NCBI GenBank assembly: GCA_965224025.1
Contig: OZ245033.1
Location: forward strand, 2,976,001-3,040,000
DNA length: 64,000 nucleotides
Origin: Candidatus Multivorans sp.
GTDB lineage: Bacteria; Acidobacteriota; Thermoanaerobaculia; Multivoradales; Multivoraceae
Direction: 5' to 3'
Below, in pieces: positions 50,617 through 60,181 of this stretch. A program made the translations under genes and the position numbers. Each line of letters starts with the position of its first letter. Positions within the stretch are counted from its first letter, which is position 1. The notes beneath the pieces were generated by a model that had not been told where the DNA came from, made no database searches, and saw nothing but the letters and a program-made list of their open reading frames with translations.

Positions 50617-51486
50617 CTAGTCCTCCTCGGCCGCTTCGAGCTTGTCTTGGGTCCTGGTCTCGAAGTCGCTGGCGGCGTGACGCTCGCGGAGCTGCTTCTC
50701 CGGCGGGCCGAAGGCCCGGTTCACCATCTGCCCCCGCTTGACCGTCGGGCGCCCGGCGATCTCTCGCGACCACCGGTTCACGTTCTCGTACGTGTGGGCC
50801 TCGATGAACTCTCCGGCGCCGTAGAGCTTGCCCGCGGCGAGGCCGCCGTACCAGGGCCAGATCGCCATGTCGGCGATCGTGTACTCGCTGCCCGCCATGT
50901 ACTCGGAGTCGGCCAGGTGGCGGTCCAGCACGTCGAGCTGCCGCTTGACCTCCATGGTGAAGCGGTTGATCGCGTACTCGAACTTCTCGGCGGCATACGC
51001 GTAGAAGTGGCCGAAGCCGCCGCCCAGGTACGGCGCGCTGCCCATCTGCCAGAACAGCCAGCACAGGCACTCGGTGCGCGCCGCGTGATCTTCGGGCAGA
51101 AACTCGCCGAACTTCTCGGCCAGGTAGAGGAGGATCGCGCCGGACTCGAAGACGCGCGTCGGCGGTTCCGTACCGCGGTCGACCAGCGCCGGGATCTTGG
51201 AGTTCGGGTTGACGCCGACGAACCCGCTCGAGAACTGGTCGCCTTCGCCGATGTTGATCAGGTACGCGTCGTATTCGGCGCCGCCGTGGCCGAGGGCCAG
51301 CAGCTCCTCGAGCATGACGGTGACCTTGACTCCGTTGGGGGTGGCCAGGGAGTAGAGCTGGAACGGGTGGTCGCCGACCGGCAGTTCCTTCTCGTGGGTG
51401 GGCCCCGCGATCGGGCGGTTGATGTTGGCGAAGCGGCCGCCGCTCTCGGCGTCCCACTTCCAGACCTTGGGCGGTTCATAGGACAT
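50617..51486 (-). CDS. yghU: Glutathione-dependent disulfide-bond oxidoreductase (Nu-class GST)
   Basis: [46 protein letters not shown]. Confidence 0.93.
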   Translation of the reverse strand: MSYEPPKVWKWDAESGGRFANINRPIAGPTHEKELPVGDHPFQLYSLATPNGVKVTVMLEELLALGHGGAEYDAYLINIGEGDQFSSGFVGVNPNSKIPALVDRGTEPPTRVFESGAILLYLAEKFGEFLPEDHAARTECLCWLFWQMGSAPYLGGGFGHFYAYAAEKFEYAINRFTMEVKRQLDVLDRHLADSEYMAGSEYTIADMAIWPWYGGLAAGKLYGAGEFIEAHTYENVNRWSREIAGRPTVKRGQMVNRAFGPPEKQLRERHAASDFETRTQDKLEAAEED

Positions 51487-51514
51487 GCGGGTGGGCCCTC
51501 CTGGTCGAAAGTGA

Positions 51515-51645
51515 CTACGGGTCAGGTGCAGCCCGTTCGCGTCGTCCTCGGAGTACACCGCGACGGTGTGGATACCCAAGTCCATCGCCGCGCGGGCGAC
51601 TCGTACCGCGATCTCGCCGCGGTTTGCGATCAGGAGGCGCTGCAC
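51515..51645 (-). pseudogene. N-terminal remnant of a biotin carboxylase
   Basis: [35 protein letters not shown] then ends after about 43 codons, in frame with yghU. Confidence 0.8.
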
Positions 51646-51718
51646 GGGTCAGGCCCGCCGCTCGGAGATCGACGCCGCGCGGCTGACTGCGCGTTTGAGG
51701 GGGAACATAGGGCCGGGA

Positions 51719-54628
51719 TTATAGGAGGGAGTGCTGGCGCTCCGGATCGGGTGCCGGTTGCGCTCCACCCGTGGCCGCACCGGACTCGGCGTCGTCGGCC
51801 GGACCCATTAGCTGCCCTTGTTGGTCGAGTTCGATGAGGCGGTGTCGTGGGCTTCCAGCGAGACGTCGTGCGGCCCACGCTCGCACCTCTTCCTCCTGGC
51901 TGAAGGCGACGATCTGCCGTTCCCTGCTGAGCGCGAGGAGCAGATCCAGGAAGCGCATCGTGCGATCGGTGTCGATGTGCACGGTGGCGTCGTCCAGGAA
52001 CAGGGGCGCGGATTCCCTCTTGTCGCCGAGAGCCTCGGCGAGGCCGATGCGGAGCAGCAGGTAGACCTGATCGACAGTGCCGTGGGACAGTTCGGAGGCT
52101 GAGCGGTACTCGCCGTCCTCGACCTCGAGTTGGACTTCGAGACCCTCCTCAGGATCGATGCGAACGGCCGAGTACCGTCCGCCGGTAACCAGGCTCAATC
52201 GCTCGGCCAGTGCCTCACGGAGGTCGGGCGCGAGCATGCGATGGACCTCTTCCTGGGCCGCTTCGAGGTGCTTGGTGGTGGTGTCGACGATCTCGCCCGC
52301 CCTGCGCAGGAGCTTGACCTCGCGCTCGGCGGCAGCAAGTTCCTCCTCGAGTTCGGCGAGTGCCGGGAGGTCGGCGTCGGCGGCTAGTCGACCTTCGTAC
52401 CGGCTGACTTCTCTTCCGGCTTGGCCGGCTTCCATACGCGCCGCAGCCAGCTTGCGTTCCAGTTCGGGGCGGGTCAGCCCCTGGAGTGCTGCTGCCGCTT
52501 CGGATTCCGCGCGGGCGATGGCCTTCAGACCGGCGGCCGCTTCCGCGCGTTCGTCCAGGAGGCTCTGGCGGTCGCGGCCATCGAGCAGGTGTTGCAGACG
52601 GTCCCAGTCTCTTTGTCGTTGCCCTGACCGGCGTTCCCGGCCGGCAAGCCAATCGTCGGCCCAGAGTTCCGGATCGTCGGTCGAGTCGCCGGTGAAACCG
52701 GCCGCCGTGAGTGCGGTACGGAAGCGTGCCTCCGCCGCTTCGCGGTTCTGTCGCTGCGTCTTCGCCGACCGTTCCGACTGCCCGCGGGCCTCTATCCGCG
52801 CTGCCAGGGCTTCGCGGCGGTCGGTTCCCGTGGCAAGTTCGGCGCTTCGTCGACAGGCCTGCTCATAGCGGTGGAACAGGTCGTCGACTGCTGCCTGGGG
52901 ATCTTCCAAGCCGCGATCGGCCAAGGCGGCGCGCAGCGCCTCCGCGGCGGCCGCTTCGTCGGTGCGAGCGGACGCCATGCGCCGCTGCCAGGTTGCATGT
53001 TCCCGCTCCCACGCGTTCCCTTTCTCGCGTGCGTCGAGGGCGGCGCGCACGGCGTCCGGATCGGCTTCGATCCGGAGTTTCGCGAGTTCCTGGGTTGCGG
53101 CTTCGAGTTGTTGCTGCCTGGCCTTGTGCTGCCGCTTCAGGTCCCTGAGTTCGGCTCTGGCATCGACCAGTTCTCCGCCGCGGTCCATCTGTTCGTAGGG
53201 ACGGGGTCGGGAGGCGCGCCTCTGTGCGCGGTACATGAGAGCGAAGCAGACGATGGCAAGAAGCCACCCGCCGGCGCCAACGAGCCGTGGCAGCAGATCG
53301 AAGGCGCCCAGCGTACCCACCAGACCGCCGACGGGCGCGCCGATCCAGGGCCACTTTCCGAAACCGGAGTTCGCTTCGAGCTCAGTCATGAGCTCCCTCT
53401 GCTCGGCGCGCAGCTCCTGAATGCGCCGTTCGAGGTCGCCGGACGACCGAAGCGCCGGTAGCTCCAGGACCGTCAGAGCGCGCCGCGCGACCGACTCGGC
53501 AGCCTTCGGGAGAGTCGCCTCCGGAGGGTCGCCGGGTCCTAGCCGCTCGCGTACGGCACGGGCTTCGCGTGCTTCCCGCCATCCTCGGGCCGCAGCAGCG
53601 ACTTCGGGCGCGATCTCGCGATCTCCTTCGGCCGCCTTGGGGAGTTCGGACAGTTCCCGGACCATCTCGTCCGCGCTGGGTCCCCGGAGTTCTGCGGGAT
53701 CGTCGGGGCGCATCCGGTACGCGAGGAGAGCTGTGCGGAGCTCACGCTCGATCGCGGCGCCTGGTCCCTCGCCCGGGGCCTCGGGGGGATTGCCACCGGG
53801 GAAGCGCTCGGCCAGTCTCTCGATATTCTCCAGGCGCGCATCGAGGCGACGCAGCTCGTGTTCCGCCAGCGCCCGCTCATGGCCCCGGACGAGTGAGCCC
53901 GCCCTCTTGGCCTCTTCGTTGGCTGCCGCGAGAGCGTTTTCCAGCCGGTCGCGCTCAAGTTGACGGCTCCTGCCTGTAGCGAGCTCCCGGCTGGCTCGGC
54001 CGACGTGCTCGACCGCCTGCTGCAGCGGCTTGGTCGAATTGCGGCGCTCGGTGCCGATCTGATCGCTGGCGTAGCTCTTGAGCAGGCGGAGCGCTTCGAC
54101 CGCGGTGGCGGCGCCGCCGGCGGAGGCGGCGGCGCGTTGCAGCTCCTTCTTCAGCGCCGAGGCTTCGTTGCCCTTCGTCTGGCGCAGGCGCTGGATGTCT
54201 CCCTGGCCGATCACCAGAGTTGACGGCATGACCTGGCGATTGAGACCCAGGAAGCGCGAACCGTCGATGCTCCCCCGGTAGATGACCTCGTTCCCGATCG
54301 GACGGCCGGTGTCAGCGTCGTGAGCGACGCTCTCCTTGGTGTTGAGATCTCTCTGTTGAATCTCGATTCGGCGCTTGTTGTCGAGTTCGAACTTCACCGT
54401 GGCGCGCCAGGGCTCTCCGTTCCACGGCTCGTACTGTCGTTTGAATTCGCGCTCTTCCTTGGTCGATCCGTGACCGCGCCGGCGGCCGCAGAGGGCGGCG
54501 AAGATCGCCTGCAGCCAGGTGGACTTACCGGCTTCGTTGCCGCCGTGGATCACGGTCATGCCGGGGGCCAGGTCGAGCTCGCCGTTCAGCTTGCCGAACT
54601 CATGGGCGCGGACACGCTGGATCTTCAT
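51719..54628 (-). CDS. Rad50/SbcC-like (YhaN-type) coiled-coil ATPase with central TM hairpin
   Basis: Walker A GGNEAGKST, signature LSHGT, Walker B LFLDD, long coiled coils. Confidence 0.85.
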   Translation of the reverse strand: MKIQRVRAHEFGKLNGELDLAPGMTVIHGGNEAGKSTWLQAIFAALCGRRRGHGSTKEEREFKRQYEPWNGEPWRATVKFELDNKRRIEIQQRDLNTKESVAHDADTGRPIGNEVIYRGSIDGSRFLGLNRQVMPSTLVIGQGDIQRLRQTKGNEASALKKELQRAAASAGGAATAVEALRLLKSYASDQIGTERRNSTKPLQQAVEHVGRASRELATGRSRQLERDRLENALAAANEEAKRAGSLVRGHERALAEHELRRLDARLENIERLAERFPGGNPPEAPGEGPGAAIERELRTALLAYRMRPDDPAELRGPSADEMVRELSELPKAAEGDREIAPEVAAAARGWREAREARAVRERLGPGDPPEATLPKAAESVARRALTVLELPALRSSGDLERRIQELRAEQRELMTELEANSGFGKWPWIGAPVGGLVGTLGAFDLLPRLVGAGGWLLAIVCFALMYRAQRRASRPRPYEQMDRGGELVDARAELRDLKRQHKARQQQLEAATQELAKLRIEADPDAVRAALDAREKGNAWEREHATWQRRMASARTDEAAAAEALRAALADRGLEDPQAAVDDLFHRYEQACRRSAELATGTDRREALAARIEARGQSERSAKTQRQNREAAEARFRTALTAAGFTGDSTDDPELWADDWLAGRERRSGQRQRDWDRLQHLLDGRDRQSLLDERAEAAAGLKAIARAESEAAAALQGLTRPELERKLAAARMEAGQAGREVSRYEGRLAADADLPALAELEEELAAAEREVKLLRRAGEIVDTTTKHLEAAQEEVHRMLAPDLREALAERLSLVTGGRYSAVRIDPEEGLEVQLEVEDGEYRSASELSHGTVDQVYLLLRIGLAEALGDKRESAPLFLDDATVHIDTDRTMRFLDLLLALSRERQIVAFSQEEEVRAWAARRLAGSPRHRLIELDQQGQLMGPADDAESGAATGGAQPAPDPERQHSLL

Positions 54629-55800
54629 GCGGCCGCTCCGTCTGTCGGGACATCGAGCGGCTTCTCACCGGAGGAGTCCCCGTCGGCGGCCATCCGGAGT
54701 TCGTCCAGGATGCCGATGTCCCGGTTGTCGAGTGCGCGCAGCCCGGCGAGCAGGACGACGCGCTCCGTTTCGCGGTCGAGGTCGGCCTCTCGAACTCGCC
54801 TCACGAACATGCCGCGCACCGTCGGCTCGTCCTCGATCTGGTCCAGGTCGTATGGCGAAGTCAGGCCCGAGGTGTCGACCAGCACCTGGTCGATGCTCTC
54901 GGGGGGCTCGAACAAGGCCGCGCCGAAGTCTTCGGCATGGAGGTGGAGGTTGTCCGGCTCGCCAATCAGGCGGATGCGTGCGGCGCCGGCCAGGCCGTCG
55001 AGGGCCCTCCCGATCCGCTCCCTTGCCTCGCGGGCGTTCTCGGCTTCCGTCAGATCGACGCTCAAGGTGTGGAGCGTGGGCGGTCGGGGATCGAGGCGGC
55101 GTCGTGTGACTTCGCCATTCTCGACCTCCAGCATCACGGCGCTGCCGTAGGCTTCCTTGAACTTGAGGCGTTCCAGGGAGCCGAGCCTGGTCCAGATCGG
55201 ATGGTCGGCGGGCTTGTGGGAATGTCCAACGACGGCATGGTCCAAACCGGCGGCGGCGATCTGGTCGCCGTCGAACGGGGCGTGGCGGTGCTGGCCCTGG
55301 AACGCGGCGAGCCGTTCCTCGCCGTGGAAGACGGCGATGTGGACGCCGTCGCCGGGGGAGTCGCCGACGTGGAAGCCGTCGTCGAAGAAACCGGGAGTGT
55401 CGACGGGTTTCCGGTGCGCCGCGCCCCAGATCGTGACCGCGGCGCCGAGCGGCGCCGCGGTCAGGTGGGTCTCGTTGAAGATGTGGACGTTCCCGGCCCA
55501 GTTGACTCGCCGGTACGGGCTGTCCGCATCCGCGTAGTCGTGGTTGCCGGGTGCGGCGAAGATGGGCAGGCCCGATTGTTCGAAGGTTCGCTTGAGGAAG
55601 TCGACGGTGTCGCGGGAGGTGAGGCCATGCTCGAACAGGTCGCCGCCGATGAGCACGGCGGCGGCTCCCTCGTTCTCCGCCTGCTCGAACGCCCAGGTCA
55701 CCGCGTCGCGCAGCCGCTGACGCTGCCGGCGGGCCACCTCGCGAGTCGCCCAACCGAACTTCGAGTCCAGGTGGACGTCGCTGAAGGCGAGGAGCTTCAC
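54625..55800 (-). CDS. Mre11/SbcD-like (YhaO-type) metallophosphoesterase nuclease
   Basis: SDVHLD, GGDLFE, PGNHD, FHG, GHSH; overlaps the ATPase start. Confidence 0.88.
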   Translation of the reverse strand: MKLLAFSDVHLDSKFGWATREVARRQRQRLRDAVTWAFEQAENEGAAAVLIGGDLFEHGLTSRDTVDFLKRTFEQSGLPIFAAPGNHDYADADSPYRRVNWAGNVHIFNETHLTAAPLGAAVTIWGAAHRKPVDTPGFFDDGFHVGDSPGDGVHIAVFHGEERLAAFQGQHRHAPFDGDQIAAAGLDHAVVGHSHKPADHPIWTRLGSLERLKFKEAYGSAVMLEVENGEVTRRRLDPRPPTLHTLSVDLTEAENAREARERIGRALDGLAGAARIRLIGEPDNLHLHAEDFGAALFEPPESIDQVLVDTSGLTSPYDLDQIEDEPTVRGMFVRRVREADLDRETERVVLLAGLRALDNRDIGILDELRMAADGDSSGEKPLDVPTDGAAA

Positions 55801-55846
55801 GCCAGGGGCGTTCTCGCTGGAACGACGACCGTCCTGGCGGCGCGCG

Positions 55847-56338
55847 TCACTCGTTCAGGACCGCGGGCCAGTTCTCGTCCGCCTGCTCGATGTTCGCGTC
55901 GCGCTCCTCCAGCCACTGCTCCATGACCTTCGCGTTGTAGTTCAGGTAGAGCTTGCCGTTCACCAGCGTGAACGCGTCCGGGTCGGTGGGAGCGGTGTAG
56001 TTGCGGCTCACCGCCCAGGCGCAATAGCCGCCATACTGGGGCGCGTACTTCTCCGGGTCGTCGGCGAAGAGGTTGCGGTTCTCGTCGCTCGCGAAGCGCC
56101 AGTCGGCGCCCTGCCAGCCGAGGGTGAACTCCTTGCGACCTTTCACTGGTTGCCCGTCGGTGAAGTAGGCCACCGGGTCGTACCCGCGGATCGCGAGGTT
56201 GCCGCGGGTGGCGAAGATGGGGTCCTTGTCCTTGGCCGCCGCCGGAACCGCGGCCAGGGCGACGCTGATGGTGAAGGCGGTGAGGGCCGTCCCGCGAGCG
56301 AGTCGGGCGCTACGACTGCGGCGCTGTGGCGTAGACAT
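55847..56338 (-). CDS. Secreted YHS-domain protein
   Basis: AIRGYDPVAYF, PEKYAPQYGGYCAW, NGKLYLN; signal peptide. Confidence 0.88.
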   Translation of the reverse strand: MSTPQRRSRSARLARGTALTAFTISVALAAVPAAAKDKDPIFATRGNLAIRGYDPVAYFTDGQPVKGRKEFTLGWQGADWRFASDENRNLFADDPEKYAPQYGGYCAWAVSRNYTAPTDPDAFTLVNGKLYLNYNAKVMEQWLEERDANIEQADENWPAVLNE

Positions 56339-56429
56339 GAGGCGAGTTCCTCCCGGAAGCGAGTCTATGCAGTCGGCGCCGCGAACTCACTGCGTTGCGT
56401 TTCCACGGCGCAAGCTCATGGACGGGAGT

Positions 56430-56524
56430 TCAGATGTCGAGTCTTTCCGTCCAAAGTCCCGTGAAGCGGTCGAAGTCGCGGTCCTCCGTCAGCAGACGAG
56501 GACGTTCGTATCGACGGCGATCAA
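56430..56524 (-). pseudogene. vapC: vapC toxin with large internal deletion
   Basis: TTG-start MIAVDTNVLV joined out of frame to the PIN C-terminus LLTEDRDFDRF; 95 bp remain. Confidence 0.75.
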
Positions 56525-56760
56525 TCGAGCCCGTCCATGATGTCGTAGAGGGACTTGCGGTCGTCCAGGTTTACTCCCGGCAACAAACGGCCCGGCTTCG
56601 TGAGAAGCTTCAGTTTGAAAGGGGGTTCGGGACGTTCCGGAGGCTGCAGGTACTGACGAAGCGCTCGTTCGATCAAGCGCGTCAGCGGTTCGCCGTCGTG
56701 GGCGGCGCGTGCCTTGGCCGCCCGAATCAGGCGGTCGTCGAAGTTCAGCGTGGTCTTCAT
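56521..56760 (-). CDS. VapB/DUF2191-type antitoxin
   Basis: MKTTLNFDDRLIRAAKARAA...LTRLIERALR...PGVNLDDRKSL. Confidence 0.85.
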   Translation of the reverse strand: MKTTLNFDDRLIRAAKARAAHDGEPLTRLIERALRQYLQPPERPEPPFKLKLLTKPGRLLPGVNLDDRKSLYDIMDGLD

Positions 56761-56882
56761 GAAAAAAATCTGTATCACTGGAGCCGGATTTCTGTCAACG
56801 GAGTTGACTCGTCGAGACGGGGCGTCGTGGAGTTCTCCGTTGTTCGGCAGAGGTATCTCGCGGATAGTGTCTGATGTGGGCT

Positions 56883-58625
56883 ATGCGGCGCTCTTCCGTC
56901 TTCTTCTCGCTCGGCTTGGCCACGGTTCTCCTGGCGTGCGGCGAAGCGGACGGCGGCACGGACGTGCCGATAGCGGCGCCCTCGCCGACCGCGGTCTTCG
57001 TCGAGCGTGCGGCTGAAGCGGGCCTGGACTTCGTCCACCGCAACGGCGCGGCCGGCGGGTACAACTACCCCGAACTCCTGGTGGGCGGCGGGGCGCTTCT
57101 CGACATCGACGAGGACGGGTTCCTCGACGTCTATCTCGTGCAGAGCGGTCCGTTGCCGGGTTCCGGGCCTGGGAACGCGGGCGTCTCGCTCGCATCCGGC
57201 AGCCCGCCGGGCAACCGTCTCTACCGCAACCAGGGTGACGGCACGTTCGAGGACGCGACGGACGCCGCCGGCGTCGGCGACACGGGCTACGGTGCCGGCG
57301 CCACCGCGGCCGACTACGACCGCGATGGCTTCGTCGACCTCTACGTACTGAACGTCGGCGCGAACCGGCTGTATCGCAATCTCGGCGGCGGCGCCTTCGA
57401 AGACACCACGGAACGCGCCGGCGTCGGCGACGCCCTCTGGTCGTCGAGCGCCGTCTTCCTCGACTACGACGGCGACCTGGACCTGGACCTCTTCGTCGCC
57501 AACTACGTCGTCTGGAGCGCCGACCGGGAGCGTCCCTGCCTGGGGCCGAACGGCCTGCGGAACTACTGCAATCCGGCGGAGTATCCGCCGGCGCCGGACA
57601 CGCTCTACCGCAACGAAGGCAACGGCCGCTTTGTCGACGTGAGCGAAGTCGCGGGAATCCGTTCGGTGGCCGGTCCGGGCCTGGGCGTCGTTGCCGGCGA
57701 CTTCGACGGCGACGGCTTGGTCGATCTCTACGTGGCGAATGACCAGGCGGTGAACCACCTGTGGCTCAACCGGGGTGACGGCACGTTCCGGGAGGACGCG
57801 CTGCCGCGCGGAGCGGCGCTCAACGAACTCGGCCAGCCGGAGGCCGGTATGGGCATCGCCGTGGCCGACCCCGACGACGATGGCGATCTCGACCTGTTCC
57901 TGACCCACCTGAGCGGTGAGACGAACACGTTCTACCGCAACGACGGCGACGGCTTCTTCCTGGACGCGACCGACGAGAAGGGGCTCGGCGGCGTCAGTCA
58001 GCCGTACACCGGTTTCGGTACCTCATGGTTCGACTACGACGGGGACGGCGTCCTCGACCTGTTCATCGCCAACGGCAAGGTGACGCCGGGAGATACCGCT
58101 GCTTTCGACTACCGCGAGCCCAATCAGTTGCTGCGCGGTCGGGGTGCTGGCCGCTACGAGGACGTTTCGGGCCGGGCCGGCGCCGCCCTGGAACTGCTTG
58201 AGGTGAGCCGTGGCGCGGCGTTCGGCGATCTGGACAACGACGGCGATGTGGACATCGTGGTGGTGAACAACGAGGGGCCTGCGAGGTTGCTTCGCAACGA
58301 GGTCGGCAACAGGCAGTCATGGCTGGTGGTCGATCTCTGCGGCGGCGGTGTTCTCGACCGTTCCTCCATCGGTTCGCGCGTCACCGTCCGGGCGGGAGGC
58401 AGAAGCTGGACCCGGGGAGTGCGGCCGGCGCGCAGCTTCGCCGTTGCTAACGCTCCGCGGGTTCACTTCGCGTTCGGCGACGTTCCGGGCGTCGATCACA
58501 TCAAGGTGAACTGGTCGCACGGCGGGGTCACCGAGCGATCGGGGGTGCAGATGAACAGCATTCTGCGGCTGCTCGCGCCGGGCGGTACCGCGCCGGCCGA
58601 GGGAGTTTGCCGTGATGCGCGGTGA
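56883..58625 (+). CDS. CRTAC1-family lipoprotein (FG-GAP repeats + ASPIC/UnbV)
   Basis: Repeated DxDxDGxxDL motifs, SRGAAFGDLDNDG, C-terminal RVHFAFG; lipobox LLAC. Confidence 0.9.
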   Translation: MRRSSVFFSLGLATVLLACGEADGGTDVPIAAPSPTAVFVERAAEAGLDFVHRNGAAGGYNYPELLVGGGALLDIDEDGFLDVYLVQSGPLPGSGPGNAGVSLASGSPPGNRLYRNQGDGTFEDATDAAGVGDTGYGAGATAADYDRDGFVDLYVLNVGANRLYRNLGGGAFEDTTERAGVGDALWSSSAVFLDYDGDLDLDLFVANYVVWSADRERPCLGPNGLRNYCNPAEYPPAPDTLYRNEGNGRFVDVSEVAGIRSVAGPGLGVVAGDFDGDGLVDLYVANDQAVNHLWLNRGDGTFREDALPRGAALNELGQPEAGMGIAVADPDDDGDLDLFLTHLSGETNTFYRNDGDGFFLDATDEKGLGGVSQPYTGFGTSWFDYDGDGVLDLFIANGKVTPGDTAAFDYREPNQLLRGRGAGRYEDVSGRAGAALELLEVSRGAAFGDLDNDGDVDIVVVNNEGPARLLRNEVGNRQSWLVVDLCGGGVLDRSSIGSRVTVRAGGRSWTRGVRPARSFAVANAPRVHFAFGDVPGVDHIKVNWSHGGVTERSGVQMNSILRLLAPGGTAPAEGVCRDAR

Positions 58626-59829
58626 CCGCGCTGCCCGCAGCGGAGGCGGCACGCTTGCAGTAGAGAAGTGCGCCTCTTCCGACGCCGTGTCTCTGGGTGC
58701 GCGGACCCTCTGGTCCGCATCTGCCGTGGTGGTTGCCCTGGTGACCTTGCTAGCCGGCTGCGCCGCTCCGCCGTCCGACGCTCCCACCGAATCGTCAACG
58801 TCGCTGGCCACGGAACCGATCCCCCGCATCCCCAACCTCTCCGAACTCGATCCGGGCTTCGCCACCGCGGTCCGCGACGCCGCGGCAGCCGTGGAACGCG
58901 ACCCGTCGAGCGGCGCCGCCGTCGGCGCTCTGGGCCGCCTCTACCAGGCGCACCGCTATGTCGACCAGGCCCGCCGCTGCTACGAGCGGGCCGCGGAACT
59001 CGATCCCGGCGCCGCGGAATGGTCGTACTACCTCGGCTTCCTGGCCGCCGGCCGCGGCGCCCACGAAGAAGCGGCGCGCCGTTTCGAACGCGTTCTCGAA
59101 CTCCATCCGTCGTACTGGGTCGCCCGCGTGCGGCTTGGCAACGCGCTGCTCGCGGCCGGTGACATCGACGGCGCCGAGCAGGCGTTCCGCGCCGCGCGGT
59201 CGGCGGCGCCGGGCGCACCCTGGGGCGAACTCGGCCTGGGCAAGACGGCGCGACGGCGGGGACGTTTCGAGGCGGCGGCCGAACACCTGCGTTCGGCGCT
59301 GGAGGTGGACCCGCGGCATCGGGAGACGCGCTACCTGCTGGCCATGACCGAGCGGCAGCTCGGGAACGCCGCGCGCGCCGAAGAGTTGCTTCGCGGCCTC
59401 GAAGAAGCGGCGGCGCCAGGCCTCGACGACCCGATGATGCAGGCGGTCCTCGCCCTGTTCCGGGACACGCAGACGATGATCCGCACCGCGAACCAGCGTC
59501 TGGCGGAGGGGGACTCCCGGTCCGCGGAACGCCTCTATCGCGAGGTGTTGCGCCTCGATCCGTACTCCTACGACGCCCACCTCAACCTTGGCGTGCTCTA
59601 CGGTCTCGCCGACCGCAATCCGGAGGCGGCAGCCGCCCTCGAACGCGCGATCGAGATCGACCCCGGCCGGGCCGACGCCTACGCGCTTCTCACGATCGCC
59701 TACATCAAGACCGGCCGCGCTGAGCAGGGCCTTCGGCAGTTGGAGAAAGTGCTCGAAATCGATCCGGATCATCCCAGAGCGCGAGAGATTCTCCACAGCC
59801 TGGGCGGCAACCCGGAAGAATTGCGCTAA
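58615..59829 (+). CDS. Tetratricopeptide repeat lipoprotein
   Basis: LAGC lipobox; multiple A..LDP TPR units; start overlaps the upstream stop. Confidence 0.85.
   Translation: MRGDRAARSGGGTLAVEKCASSDAVSLGARTLWSASAVVVALVTLLAGCAAPPSDAPTESSTSLATEPIPRIPNLSELDPGFATAVRDAAAAVERDPSSGAAVGALGRLYQAHRYVDQARRCYERAAELDPGAAEWSYYLGFLAAGRGAHEEAARRFERVLELHPSYWVARVRLGNALLAAGDIDGAEQAFRAARSAAPGAPWGELGLGKTARRRGRFEAAAEHLRSALEVDPRHRETRYLLAMTERQLGNAARAEELLRGLEEAAAPGLDDPMMQAVLALFRDTQTMIRTANQRLAEGDSRSAERLYREVLRLDPYSYDAHLNLGVLYGLADRNPEAAAALERAIEIDPGRADAYALLTIAYIKTGRAEQGLRQLEKVLEIDPDHPRAREILHSLGGNPEELR
58661..58721 (+). repeat. REP-like family B copy within the TPR gene 5' coding region
   Basis: TAGAGAAG...CTCTGGGTGCGCGGACCCTCTGGTCCGC, same core as 24748-24775. 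Confidence 0.8.
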
Positions 59830-60181
59830 CATCCACGGTTTGGCCCCACTAGAGACGTCTACTTAGCGTCGCCTGGTCAACGGCGCGACAGAGTTGTCTC
59901 GGTGAGACTCTGAGTCGGGCCGGTCCCGGTTGGACAAGTGCCTGAACGGGAGCGACTTTGGAGTCGAATGGGCAACGGGAAGGCGCTTGACGTGGCCGGC
60001 AACTGCGTTAGTCCCTTAGGGCTTTTTCGGGCTTTGCTTTCCTTCTTTCTGAGAGGGTACTTGGGCGTATTCGGCGTGGATCGAGTGCGCACCGAGGGTC
60101 GTTGAGAGCGCTTTCCTTTCCTGGTTGCCTAGAGGGCAGGCAGACGAACCGGCGGAAAGCCGATCAAACGAGGGGTAACAA

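Noticed and set aside
55847-56338. Selenoprotein form of the YHS protein
   Set aside because: The site is encoded as Cys (YGGYCAW); no in-frame TGA
59830-60181. Riboswitch or ncRNA in the long lower-GC intergenic region
   Set aside because: Only a weak TTGACG promoter-like box and short hairpins; no recognisable family; needs an Rfam search
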